From: Bacteroidales bacterium
GTDB lineage: Bacteria; Bacteroidota; Bacteroidia; Bacteroidales; UBA12077
DNA: 18,365 nucleotides
Direction of reading: 5' to 3'
NCBI GenBank assembly: GCA_028282585.1
Contig: JANQHR010000170.1
Location: 1 to 18,365 of the forward strand
In this document: positions 1 to 6,509 of the stretch, in pieces
How the letters are laid out: every line of letters begins with the position of its first letter
Position numbering within the stretch: position 1 is the stretch's first letter
Notes under the pieces: model-generated
The model's input: only the letters and a program-made list of their open reading frames with translations
What the model was told of the DNA's origin: nothing
Database searches by the model: none
Translations under genes and position numbers: made by a program

Positions 1-37
1 ACGCCATATGTTCAACTGGCAAATAATTGAAACTTCT

Positions 38-77
38 TAGAAATTCTATAATTCATAAAATAATTATAGAATTTCTA
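38..77. repeat. Perfect 16-bp AT-rich inverted repeat with an 8-nt spacer
   Basis: TAGAAATTCTATAATT (38-53) and AATTATAGAATTTCTA (62-77) are exact reverse complements. Function unknown (operator or terminator-like). Confidence 0.75.
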
Positions 78-100
78 TAAAATAAATTTGGTTTTATCAT

Positions 101-233
101 AGATATCGGTCCCGGCTTAGTAAATGTGCGGGTTTTCGCCTTGTTTCACTATCCGCCGTTACTAGAAACTAAAGATAACCAAAATTGTCACAATACCACT
201 ACACCCCGCATTTTTTCTGAAGCCGTGTTATGG
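101..233 (-). other. attC-like recombination site (133 bp)
   Basis: The minus strand reads CCATAAC-a-CGGCTT[C]AGAAAAAATGCGGG ... CCCGCACATTTACTAAGCCG-ggacc-GATATCT. The arms 113-132 and 205-225 are imperfectly complementary with one unpaired C (a G on the opposite strand), like the extrahelical G of attC. The R''-like ..TAAC is at 227-233. The R' position reads GAT instead of GTT. The site lies downstream of co-oriented ORFs. Confidence 0.65.
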
Positions 234-404
234 TTTGTGCCGCCAAAAACAACCCAGTCAGTTTTGCACTTAAAATCAACGAAGTTCTAAATTGTTTTAG
301 TTTTTAGAAATAGCAAATTGCTCGTAAGAGCAAAATCAAGCTCTTTTACAATTTATTGTAAATGTGCTTGGAATAAATTTACAATTATTAATAGAATTCA
401 AAAT

Positions 405-896
405 TTAATCCAAAATAACATTATTTAAACTTTTTACTGTTTTAGATTTCTTAGAAACAATCCTTTTTAAATCAAATGTTATTACGGATATAGTGTAATG
501 TTTATTTTTATTCAAATTGATTTTTTCTATGTATGATGCTAAATCAGAATGATATTCATCTAAATCAATCACTAACTTATGATTATCAAAAGGTATCAGT
601 TTAATAGATTTCTTTATCACTTCAATTGTAGTAGAATTATATCTCCAAAACAAAAATTTGTTAAAAGTTATAATATTTAAACCTTTAATATGTATGTCAT
701 GTGATCTAGGATTAATAACGTGAATATACATCAAATTATTCGAAACTTCTCCTTTCTCTGTTTCTCCATAAATCTTCTTTGGTTGAAAATTTATTCGAAT
801 GGTCTTGAAGTAATCAATAAGTTTTATAACAGCAAGTATAGTTGATAAAAATGCACCCCAAATTGCTAGAATTGTAGTTATCATATTGTTTTCCAA
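405..896 (-). CDS. Hypothetical protein with an N-terminal transmembrane helix (cassette ORF3)
   Basis: 163-aa ORF with a TTG start and an alternative ATG at 884. Hydrophobic ITTILAIWGAFLSTILAVIKLI is followed by a soluble basic domain. No family recognised. Confidence 0.7.
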   Translation of the reverse strand: MENNMITTILAIWGAFLSTILAVIKLIDYFKTIRINFQPKKIYGETEKGEVSNNLMYIHVINPRSHDIHIKGLNIITFNKFLFWRYNSTTIEVIKKSIKLIPFDNHKLVIDLDEYHSDLASYIEKINLNKNKHYTISVITFDLKRIVSKKSKTVKSLNNVILD

Positions 897-977
897 TTTC
901 TGAGTTTCATTTATAAGTTAATTAATAACATTTGCTTTAATGTCATTTTTTGAAAATTGAATATTTAAACATGAAGA

Positions 978-1310
978 TTATGAAAATCTACGTTTTAAAA
1001 TATCTTCCATAACGTCATATGATTGTTTTGTAAAAGTGTAATACCTACTTCCAATCCAACAACTAATTTGAACTTCTGAAACTATCCACAAATTATTATC
1101 TTCATCATTAAAAGTACTCTTACCATTTGAAGTACTGTGATGTTTCCACTTTTTTTCAGAAAAATCAAATACACCAGAAATAGTAATTTTACTTCTTTTA
1201 ACTTCTAAAGATACGTTTCCTAATTCTCCCATTTCAGAAGTTTCAGTATCAGTATATTCAGCGATACAATCATATCTTTTTCCGTAATAAGGGCATCTTT
1301 TTTTAAACAT
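978..1310 (-). CDS. Hypothetical protein (cassette ORF2)
   Basis: 110-aa ORF whose start overlaps the end of the upstream ORF by 8 nt, suggesting translational coupling. It looks beta-strand rich. No family recognised. Confidence 0.6.
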   Translation of the reverse strand: MFKKRCPYYGKRYDCIAEYTDTETSEMGELGNVSLEVKRSKITISGVFDFSEKKWKHHSTSNGKSTFNDEDNNLWIVSEVQISCWIGSRYYTFTKQSYDVMEDILKRRFS

Positions 1311-1656
1311 AAAATAAGTATCTAAATATGAAAAATAATGTTAAAATATCCACAAAAATAATAAACCTAACAGCTTTTGTTATACTAAAGTGTCTATACA
1401 AGATTTTATTAATTAAAAAGCTAATTGGTATAGTTAGAATAAACAATGCTATTATTATCAATGGAAAATACCACTTTATCAAAACGAACGAACCAATTAA
1501 TATTACTGGTAAGAGAAAGTAAGTTGCACGTAAAACGTAATTCCCATTTAGTAGTGGTCCACGTTGCATATCCCTACAAAAAGCATGTAAGAAATTTAGT
1601 GAAATATTAAGTAGAATTACTAAAAGATAAAAATATAAATGAACACCAAATAACAT
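1303..1656 (-). CDS. Hypothetical small integral membrane protein (cassette ORF1)
   Basis: 117-aa ORF with 3-4 hydrophobic segments separated by short basic loops. Confidence 0.6.
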   Translation of the reverse strand: MLFGVHLYFYLLVILLNISLNFLHAFCRDMQRGPLLNGNYVLRATYFLLPVILIGSFVLIKWYFPLIIIALFILTIPISFLINKILYRHFSITKAVRFIIFVDILTLFFIFRYLFYV

Positions 1657-1766
1657 AGTTTTTAATCTTTACAGTATCTTAAAATTAATTAATAACAGCA
1701 TCCTTAATCTCATAATTATCATATTAAAAATTGACAATCGAATTTAACAAATATTCGTATCAGTAA

Positions 1767-1774
1767 CAAATTTA
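1767..1774 (-). promoter_or_regulatory. Candidate Bacteroidota housekeeping promoter -7 box inside the cassette leader
   Basis: The minus strand reads TAAATTTG, matching TAnnTTTG, about 110 nt upstream of the 1656 start. A TTTG lies 15 nt further upstream (1790-1793), which is shorter than the typical spacing. Confidence 0.35.
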
Positions 1775-2051
1775 AACTCTTTTGCGTAGCAAATGTGTTT
1801 AAATTGAAATCCCAATTTTGCGAAGCAAAAAAGCGCGTTGGAAAAACTAAAACAATTTTCTATCATACCTACCAAACCAATCTCGTTAAATTCAGTATCA
1901 AAAAGCACTAATAATATATATTTTCACTGTCAAACAGCAAAATAACCAGGCTAAACGAAAAACCTGTCAGAATACTACGGAATTTCTATTAACAAAAACT
2001 GACTTACAAAGAGCAGAACTGCTCTATTTCTGAATTTTTTAGCGGCATTAA

Positions 2052-2106
2052 GCATAACTAGTTGTTAGATGGACAAAAATTCCATCTAATTGTATATAGA
2101 CGGACA
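2052..2106 (-). other. attI-like or target core site with adjacent repeated motifs
   Basis: The minus strand reads ATCTAAC-aacta-GTTATGC, i.e. RYYYAAC, a 5-nt spacer and a GTT core. Next to it are a perfect 9-bp inverted repeat TTAGATGGA/TCCATCTAA (2065-2073/2081-2089) and a direct repeat TAGAYGGACA (2066-2075, 2097-2106). Confidence 0.5.
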
Positions 2107-2249
2107 TGTTGAAAACGCCTGTAGCTCACCAATAATAAATAGTTGAGTCGTTTATGCAAAAAATAGAAAATATCCATCTTTCTAATTATAAAATTATGAT
2201 TTATTAATCAATTTCAAAATCCAAACTAAACCAAAAATTAACCTTTAAT

Positions 2250-2672
2250 TTACTTTACCTTTTTCGTTATTGGATGTTCATCTTTTAACTGCAGCAGATC
2301 CCATAAATTTCCGTATAAATCTTTAAATACGGCTACCGTCCCATAATCGGCTTCTTTAGGTTCTCTTACAAATTCAATGCCTTTGGAAAGCATTTCCTTA
2401 TAATCTCTCCAAAAATCGTCTGTATTCAGGAAAAGGAACACCCTGCCCCCGGCCTGGTTTCCTACAAATTCTTCCTGTTCGGGCTTTGAGGCCCTTGCCA
2501 GCAAAATGGTTGTTCCTGAAGAACCCGGAGGTGATACCACCACCCAGCGTTTATCCTGCTCGGGCTGGTACGTGTCCTCAATTAATTCAAAGTTTAGTTT
2601 TTGAGTATAAAATTCTATGGCTTCGTCGTAATCCCTTACTACTAAAGCGATGTGTACTATGGTTTGTTTCAA
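2250..2672 (-). CDS. VOC/glyoxalase-bleomycin resistance family protein
   Basis: HIALVVRDYDEAIEFY, RWVVV and YGTVAVFKDLYGNLWDL are typical VOC motifs. TTG start. Confidence 0.92.
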   Translation of the reverse strand: MKQTIVHIALVVRDYDEAIEFYTQKLNFELIEDTYQPEQDKRWVVVSPPGSSGTTILLARASKPEQEEFVGNQAGGRVFLFLNTDDFWRDYKEMLSKGIEFVREPKEADYGTVAVFKDLYGNLWDLLQLKDEHPITKKVK

Positions 2673-2737
2673 TTTTATGTTCTTTTTTTAATTTCTTCTA
2701 ACTCTTAATTTATATTTGAAAAATAAGTTGCTTTCTC

Positions 2738-2780
2738 ATTCTTTCATTAATGAAAGAATCAACCTGCCCGAAAGGCAAGG
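2738..2780. repeat. Palindromic intergenic element (REP-like remnant)
   Basis: Perfect 22-bp palindrome ATTCTTTCATTAATGAAAGAAT (2738-2759), followed by a GC-rich imperfect hairpin CCTGCC-CGAAA-GGCAAGG (2763-2780). Confidence 0.5.
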
Positions 2781-2838
2781 ATCGAGCGAAATGACTTCAG
2801 TCTATATACTTTCTTATTTGTTAAAAACATTCACCCTC

Positions 2839-2858
2839 TGCCTCCCATATGGGACGCA
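2839..2858. repeat. Short GC-rich palindrome (REP-like remnant)
   Basis: TGC-C-TCCCATATGGGA-C-GCA, with a perfect 12-bp core at 2843-2854. Confidence 0.4.
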
Positions 2859-2892
2859 TCTCTAAAGCGGGAACACTCCAATTTTACTTAAA

Positions 2893-3357
2893 TTAATCTA
2901 ACTGGAATAGTTGTATATAATTGCCATTATCATCATCAAAAATGGCTTCGTAGCCATAATCGGTTTTTGCCAGTTCCTTTTTAAATTTTACACCTTTACT
3001 CTTAAGCTCTTCCACTGTTTTTTGGATATTATCCGAGCTAAATGAAATAACCGGCATCCCCATTTGATATAATTCTTTTTTAAATTTCTTAGCTATTTCA
3101 ATCCCACCGGGTTCTGTAGGCTCCAGTAATAAAGTAACCCCTTCAGCATCAAGCGGCGATTTAACAATAGCAAGATAGTTTTCGGGAGAGTACATAACCT
3201 CCTCAAAGCCTAATATTTCGGTATAGAATTTAAAAGCTTTAACCGGGTCTTCAACTAAAACGCTTACCATAGCTATTTTCATCGGATGTTCGTTTTGTCC
3301 CATAGTATGTAATGAAATTAAAATGGTTATTAAGATTATTAATACAATTCTCATCAT
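2893..3357 (-). CDS. VOC/glyoxalase family protein with a predicted signal peptide
   Basis: VSVLVEDPVKAFKFYTEILGF, ELKSKGVKF and AIFDDDNGNYIQL. The N-terminus MMRIVLIILITILISLHTMG|Q looks like a Sec signal peptide. Confidence 0.88.
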   Translation of the reverse strand: MMRIVLIILITILISLHTMGQNEHPMKIAMVSVLVEDPVKAFKFYTEILGFEEVMYSPENYLAIVKSPLDAEGVTLLLEPTEPGGIEIAKKFKKELYQMGMPVISFSSDNIQKTVEELKSKGVKFKKELAKTDYGYEAIFDDDNGNYIQLFQLD

Positions 3358-3423
3358 TTTTTCGAATTTGAATGAAGTGTAAATATAACAAGATCGGTTT
3401 TCTTTTGTTCCCCTTTTGCAAAC

Positions 3424-3453
3424 AAAAAAACCTCCACTCTTATCAAATGGAGG
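3424..3453 (-). terminator. Intrinsic terminator downstream of the cyanophycinase gene
   Basis: The minus strand reads CCTCCA-11 nt-TGGAGG followed by T7. Confidence 0.7.
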
Positions 3454-3561
3454 CTCAACTATGGTTAAACATATTTAACACCCCTTGCTAGAAACCGTTT
3501 AAATCCATAGTTACAATCGGGATCAATATTAAACCTAAAATTACGAGAGCAACGAAATCAT

Positions 3562-4434
3562 TTATTCCGTTATTTTGAACTGATCGCCAGGCAAAAAGAC
3601 ATTTAGCTCCATGTTCCCTGCTCCTAATAATTCATTAACAATTTTTGTTTCTTTTGATTTATGCCTAAGCACAATTACCTGGTAATTACCATAAACGGTT
3701 GCATTATTTCCCTCAACCAATATGGCTGTTGATTCATCAATACCTATGCCTGTTTCTTCAGGATTCTCAAGAACCGTAGAAATCAGTCTGTTCATTCGCA
3801 TTCGCCATACAAAATGCTGGTCGATAATTGCATTCTGTAATAGCCCCAATCCCTCTTCTATTTCGATGTTATTTGCTTCCAGGGTCCTGAAGTTACCCGT
3901 ATACTCCGGATATTTATGTTCGTTTCCCGTGATCATTTTTTTGCTCATTACAGCAGCGCCGGCACTTGTACCTGCTATTACCGAACCATTAAGATAAGCC
4001 TCATGAATTGCACCGTAAACGGCAGTATTATTTACTATTTCCATGAATCTGTTTTGGTCGCCACCTGAAATATAAATCAAAGATGCTTTCTTAAGTGAAT
4101 CAATCTTTGAATCGGTCATATCCTCATGAGTTTGCATATTAAAAGAAAAGATGTTTTCAATTCCATGATCCTTAAATTGTTTCATCCCATAAAAAGCTGC
4201 TGTGTCGGGAAATCCGCTGGACATAGGCAGAACAATGATATAACCAGAACTATCAACCTTTGAAATACGGATCATATCCTGTATCATGGTAGCCGGGCGC
4301 TTACCTCCTCCAACAATGAATAATTTTCCTTTGGGTATTGTTTCATTACCATCATTCTGTGCAGTATTTGTGCACGATATGGCAAAAAGCATAAGTATTA
4401 TAGCACCAATTACGTTTAGTTTATTTTTTTTCAT
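3562..4434 (-). CDS. cphB: Cyanophycinase (peptidase S51), predicted lipoprotein
   Basis: GKLFIVGGG, ISGGDQ, nucleophile motif AGTSAGA, IIDQHFVWRMRMNRL (catalytic His plus the R-x-R-x-x-R pattern of cyanophycinases) and GIGIDESTA (Glu). The start was moved from 4473 to the ATG at 4434 because this gives the lipoprotein signal MKKNKLNVIGAIILMLFAIS|C, and 4473 lies inside the promoter motif. Confidence 0.9.
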   Translation of the reverse strand: MKKNKLNVIGAIILMLFAISCTNTAQNDGNETIPKGKLFIVGGGKRPATMIQDMIRISKVDSSGYIIVLPMSSGFPDTAAFYGMKQFKDHGIENIFSFNMQTHEDMTDSKIDSLKKASLIYISGGDQNRFMEIVNNTAVYGAIHEAYLNGSVIAGTSAGAAVMSKKMITGNEHKYPEYTGNFRTLEANNIEIEEGLGLLQNAIIDQHFVWRMRMNRLISTVLENPEETGIGIDESTAILVEGNNATVYGNYQVIVLRHKSKETKIVNELLGAGNMELNVFLPGDQFKITE

Positions 4435-4455
4435 AATAATTCCTTTTAGTATACA

Positions 4456-4487
4456 ATTAATACACTTATCCATTTGATTTCCCTTAA
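4456..4487 (-). promoter_or_regulatory. Putative ECF sigma promoter, copy upstream of cphB
   Basis: TTAAGGG-N17-GTATTAAT on the minus strand, ending 21 nt before the ATG at 4434. Confidence 0.72.
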
Positions 4488-4513
4488 ATCAACTCTGATT
4501 TTTTAATCCGGTG

Positions 4514-5680
4514 TTAATTTTCGTATGTTCCTTTTTTTAACATTTTGTAATCTGATACCATTAGTTGTCCACGGGCAATTACTTCTGATATTTGATTGTT
4601 GTTATCCAGAATCAAGAGGTCGGCATCAAGATTTTCCGCTATTCTTCCTTTATTTTTTAATTTTAATATATCAGCAACATTAGAGGTTACAACTTTAATA
4701 GCATCTTCCAATGGAACTTTTTCAATTTTTACTGTATCTATAAGCTCATCAAGTATTGACTTTGGTTGTCCCATTTCCAACCGAACTAAATTTCCGTTTT
4801 CATCAAAATCAGGGAGCGATCCGTTTCCATCCGATGTCATCGTAATATGTTCCAGGGGAACACCTGCTTTTAGAAATTCAGCTATTGCTTTTGAAGGTTT
4901 TATTTCGTATTCGGGATAATATGGGTAAGAACTTGTTGTAATATCTATATAACCATTCTTTCCATAAGTTTTTGCATCTTCAAAAATATACTCATTACGA
5001 TTACAATGCGTTGGAAAGAATTGTGTAAACTTCAACTCACTCTTTTCAACCGCATCATAAATAGGTTGGAAAGGATTTTTTGCATCGCCCATGTGTATAT
5101 TAGCAATACCTGCCTTACCTCCCAGCATTCCTCCTACCCTTGCGTGTTCTACCAGCCTTATTAATTCATTTGTTGTAGGGCACGAACTACGATGGTCGGA
5201 CAATGCAATTTCTCCAATACCGATTATCTCGTCAATCATTGCAATATCTTTTCCTACATCGCCCAAAATTGTCGGTGTTGGTACCTGATAAGATCCAGTG
5301 TACATCCATGCCGAAACTCCCTCTTCGCGTAATGATTTAACTTTCATTAAAACACCGTTTAACGAACGTGTCATACCATCAGTTCCCAGGCAACCTATTA
5401 CGGTTGTTATTCCACCCGCAAGCATTTGCGACAATTGCATTTCGGGTGTTCGTGTTGAAGGTCCTCCTTCTCCACCTGCACCGGCAATATGCACATGTGC
5501 ATCTATTAAACCCGGAACAATCTTTTTTCCTTTACCATCAATTATTTCGATATTCAGGTTTTTTAAACCGGATATATCAATATTGTTTTTAACCGCAATA
5601 ATTTTTTCACCTGCTGTTAATATGTCCTTTTCTCCCAAAAATTCAGGAGCATAAACAGATATCTTTTTTATTAAATACAT
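4514..5680 (-). CDS. iadA: Isoaspartyl dipeptidase (beta-aspartyl peptidase, amidohydrolase family M38)
   Basis: PGLIDAHVHIAGAGGEGG..TRTPE, GCLGTDG, YTGSY, EIALSDHRSS, HMGD, PTHCNR and TSDGNGSLP. No signal peptide. Confidence 0.96.
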   Translation of the reverse strand: MYLIKKISVYAPEFLGEKDILTAGEKIIAVKNNIDISGLKNLNIEIIDGKGKKIVPGLIDAHVHIAGAGGEGGPSTRTPEMQLSQMLAGGITTVIGCLGTDGMTRSLNGVLMKVKSLREEGVSAWMYTGSYQVPTPTILGDVGKDIAMIDEIIGIGEIALSDHRSSCPTTNELIRLVEHARVGGMLGGKAGIANIHMGDAKNPFQPIYDAVEKSELKFTQFFPTHCNRNEYIFEDAKTYGKNGYIDITTSSYPYYPEYEIKPSKAIAEFLKAGVPLEHITMTSDGNGSLPDFDENGNLVRLEMGQPKSILDELIDTVKIEKVPLEDAIKVVTSNVADILKLKNKGRIAENLDADLLILDNNNQISEVIARGQLMVSDYKMLKKGTYEN

Positions 5681-5707
5681 ATCAAACCATTAATTTAGTT
5701 ACTATAT

Positions 5708-5739
5708 AATAATACGAATTTTAATGAAATTACCCTTTA
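5708..5739 (-). promoter_or_regulatory. Putative ECF sigma promoter, copy upstream of iadA
   Basis: TAAAGGG-N17-GTATTATT on the minus strand, ending 27 nt before the ATG at 5680. Confidence 0.7.
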
Positions 5740-5847
5740 GCTTATCTTCATGTTAAACCAAATAATTATCTTTTCGTCAATTGATTTAACAGTTTTTTTT
5801 GATTTAAGTAATAAATTTTTAATTTTCGCCTAACAAATTCTCGACAC

Positions 5848-6432
5848 TTGAGTAAGGACGATAAAATATTGGTCGAAAGATTAAAGAATGATGACCGCGC
5901 AGCTTTTGAAAAGTTATTTAAACTTTATTCAGAACGAATTTATTATTTTACCATCCGATACATTAAGAATAAAGAAGAGGCTGAAGAAATTACACAAGAG
6001 GTATTTGTAAGGCTTTGGAACAGAAGGTTCGATTTAAAAACCGAACTTTCATTTAGCAGCTACCTTTTTATGATTGCTAAAAATGCTGTTATTGATTTGC
6101 TTAGAAAAAGACAAAAGGAATCTTCTTTAAACGAGGAGATTACTCCAGACGTAAATGCAATTGCGGAAAAATCAAATAATTCGGTTGAGTATAAAGAATT
6201 AAACGAAATCGTAAAAAATTCCATTTTGCAACTACCCGAAAAAAGAAGACAGATTTTTTTACTTAGTCGTAATGAGGGATTAACATATAAAGAAATTGCC
6301 GAAAAACTAAATATTTCGATAAAAACGGTTGAGTCGCATATGCGTCTGGCTTTACAACAATTAAAGAAAACTATTGGAAGCTCATACGAATTAATTTTAA
6401 CAGGAATTTTCTTCCTGCCATTTTTTTGGTGA
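5848..6432 (+). CDS. RNA polymerase ECF sigma-70 factor (Bacteroidota FecR-associated type)
   Basis: Region 2 AFEKLFKLY..EAEEITQEVFVRLW, region 4 LPEKRRQIFLLSRNEGLTYKEIAEKLNISIKTVESHM, and a hydrophobic C-terminal tail. TTG start. Confidence 0.96.
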   Translation: MSKDDKILVERLKNDDRAAFEKLFKLYSERIYYFTIRYIKNKEEAEEITQEVFVRLWNRRFDLKTELSFSSYLFMIAKNAVIDLLRKRQKESSLNEEITPDVNAIAEKSNNSVEYKELNEIVKNSILQLPEKRRQIFLLSRNEGLTYKEIAEKLNISIKTVESHMRLALQQLKKTIGSSYELILTGIFFLPFFW

Positions 6433-6447
6433 AAATATTAATTTAAG

Positions 6448-6480
6448 TTAAGGGTGAATATTAACTTTGCCCGTAATATT
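6448..6480 (+). promoter_or_regulatory. Putative ECF sigma promoter, copy upstream of fecR-susC-susD
   Basis: TTAAGGG-N18-GTAATATT between the sigma gene and fecR. Confidence 0.7.
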
Positions 6481-6509
6481 GAATGAAAAGGGGGAAGTAT
6501 TAAGAATAA

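Larger units (their letters stand above)
107..2057 (-). mobile_element. Putative single integron-type gene cassette carrying three orphan ORFs
   Basis: On the minus strand it begins at G|TTATGC (2058-2052) and ends in the attC-like site. Its start is complementary to the attC R'' flank (19/23 nt). The cargo ORFs are co-oriented and visibly more AT-rich than the neighbouring genes. No integrase is in the window. Confidence 0.55.

Noticed and set aside
227-2058. IS element or transposon with terminal inverted repeats
   Set aside because: No transposase-like ORF and no target-site duplication were seen. The ends coincide with GTT cores and an attC-like hairpin instead.
2047-2074. Possible Xer dif site (ATTAAGCATAA-CTAGTT-GTTAGATGGAC)
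   Set aside because: Only GCATAA resembles the XerC arm. The other arm does not match the TTATGTTAAAT XerD consensus, and the AAC-N5-GTT geometry fits an integron-type core better.
3380-3418. Sixth copy of the ECF promoter motif upstream of the second VOC gene (AAAAGGGG...GTTATATT)
   Set aside because: The spacer is 20-21 nt rather than 17-18, and the downstream box does not match GTAWTAWT.
4435-4473. Longer cyanophycinase start at 4473
   Set aside because: It lies within the promoter motif and buries the lipoprotein signal. The ATG at 4434 is preferred.
3562-5680. Cyanophycin storage/turnover operon (cphA-cphB type)
   Set aside because: There is no cyanophycin synthetase in the window and the cyanophycinase has an export signal. 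A cphA elsewhere in the genome cannot be excluded.
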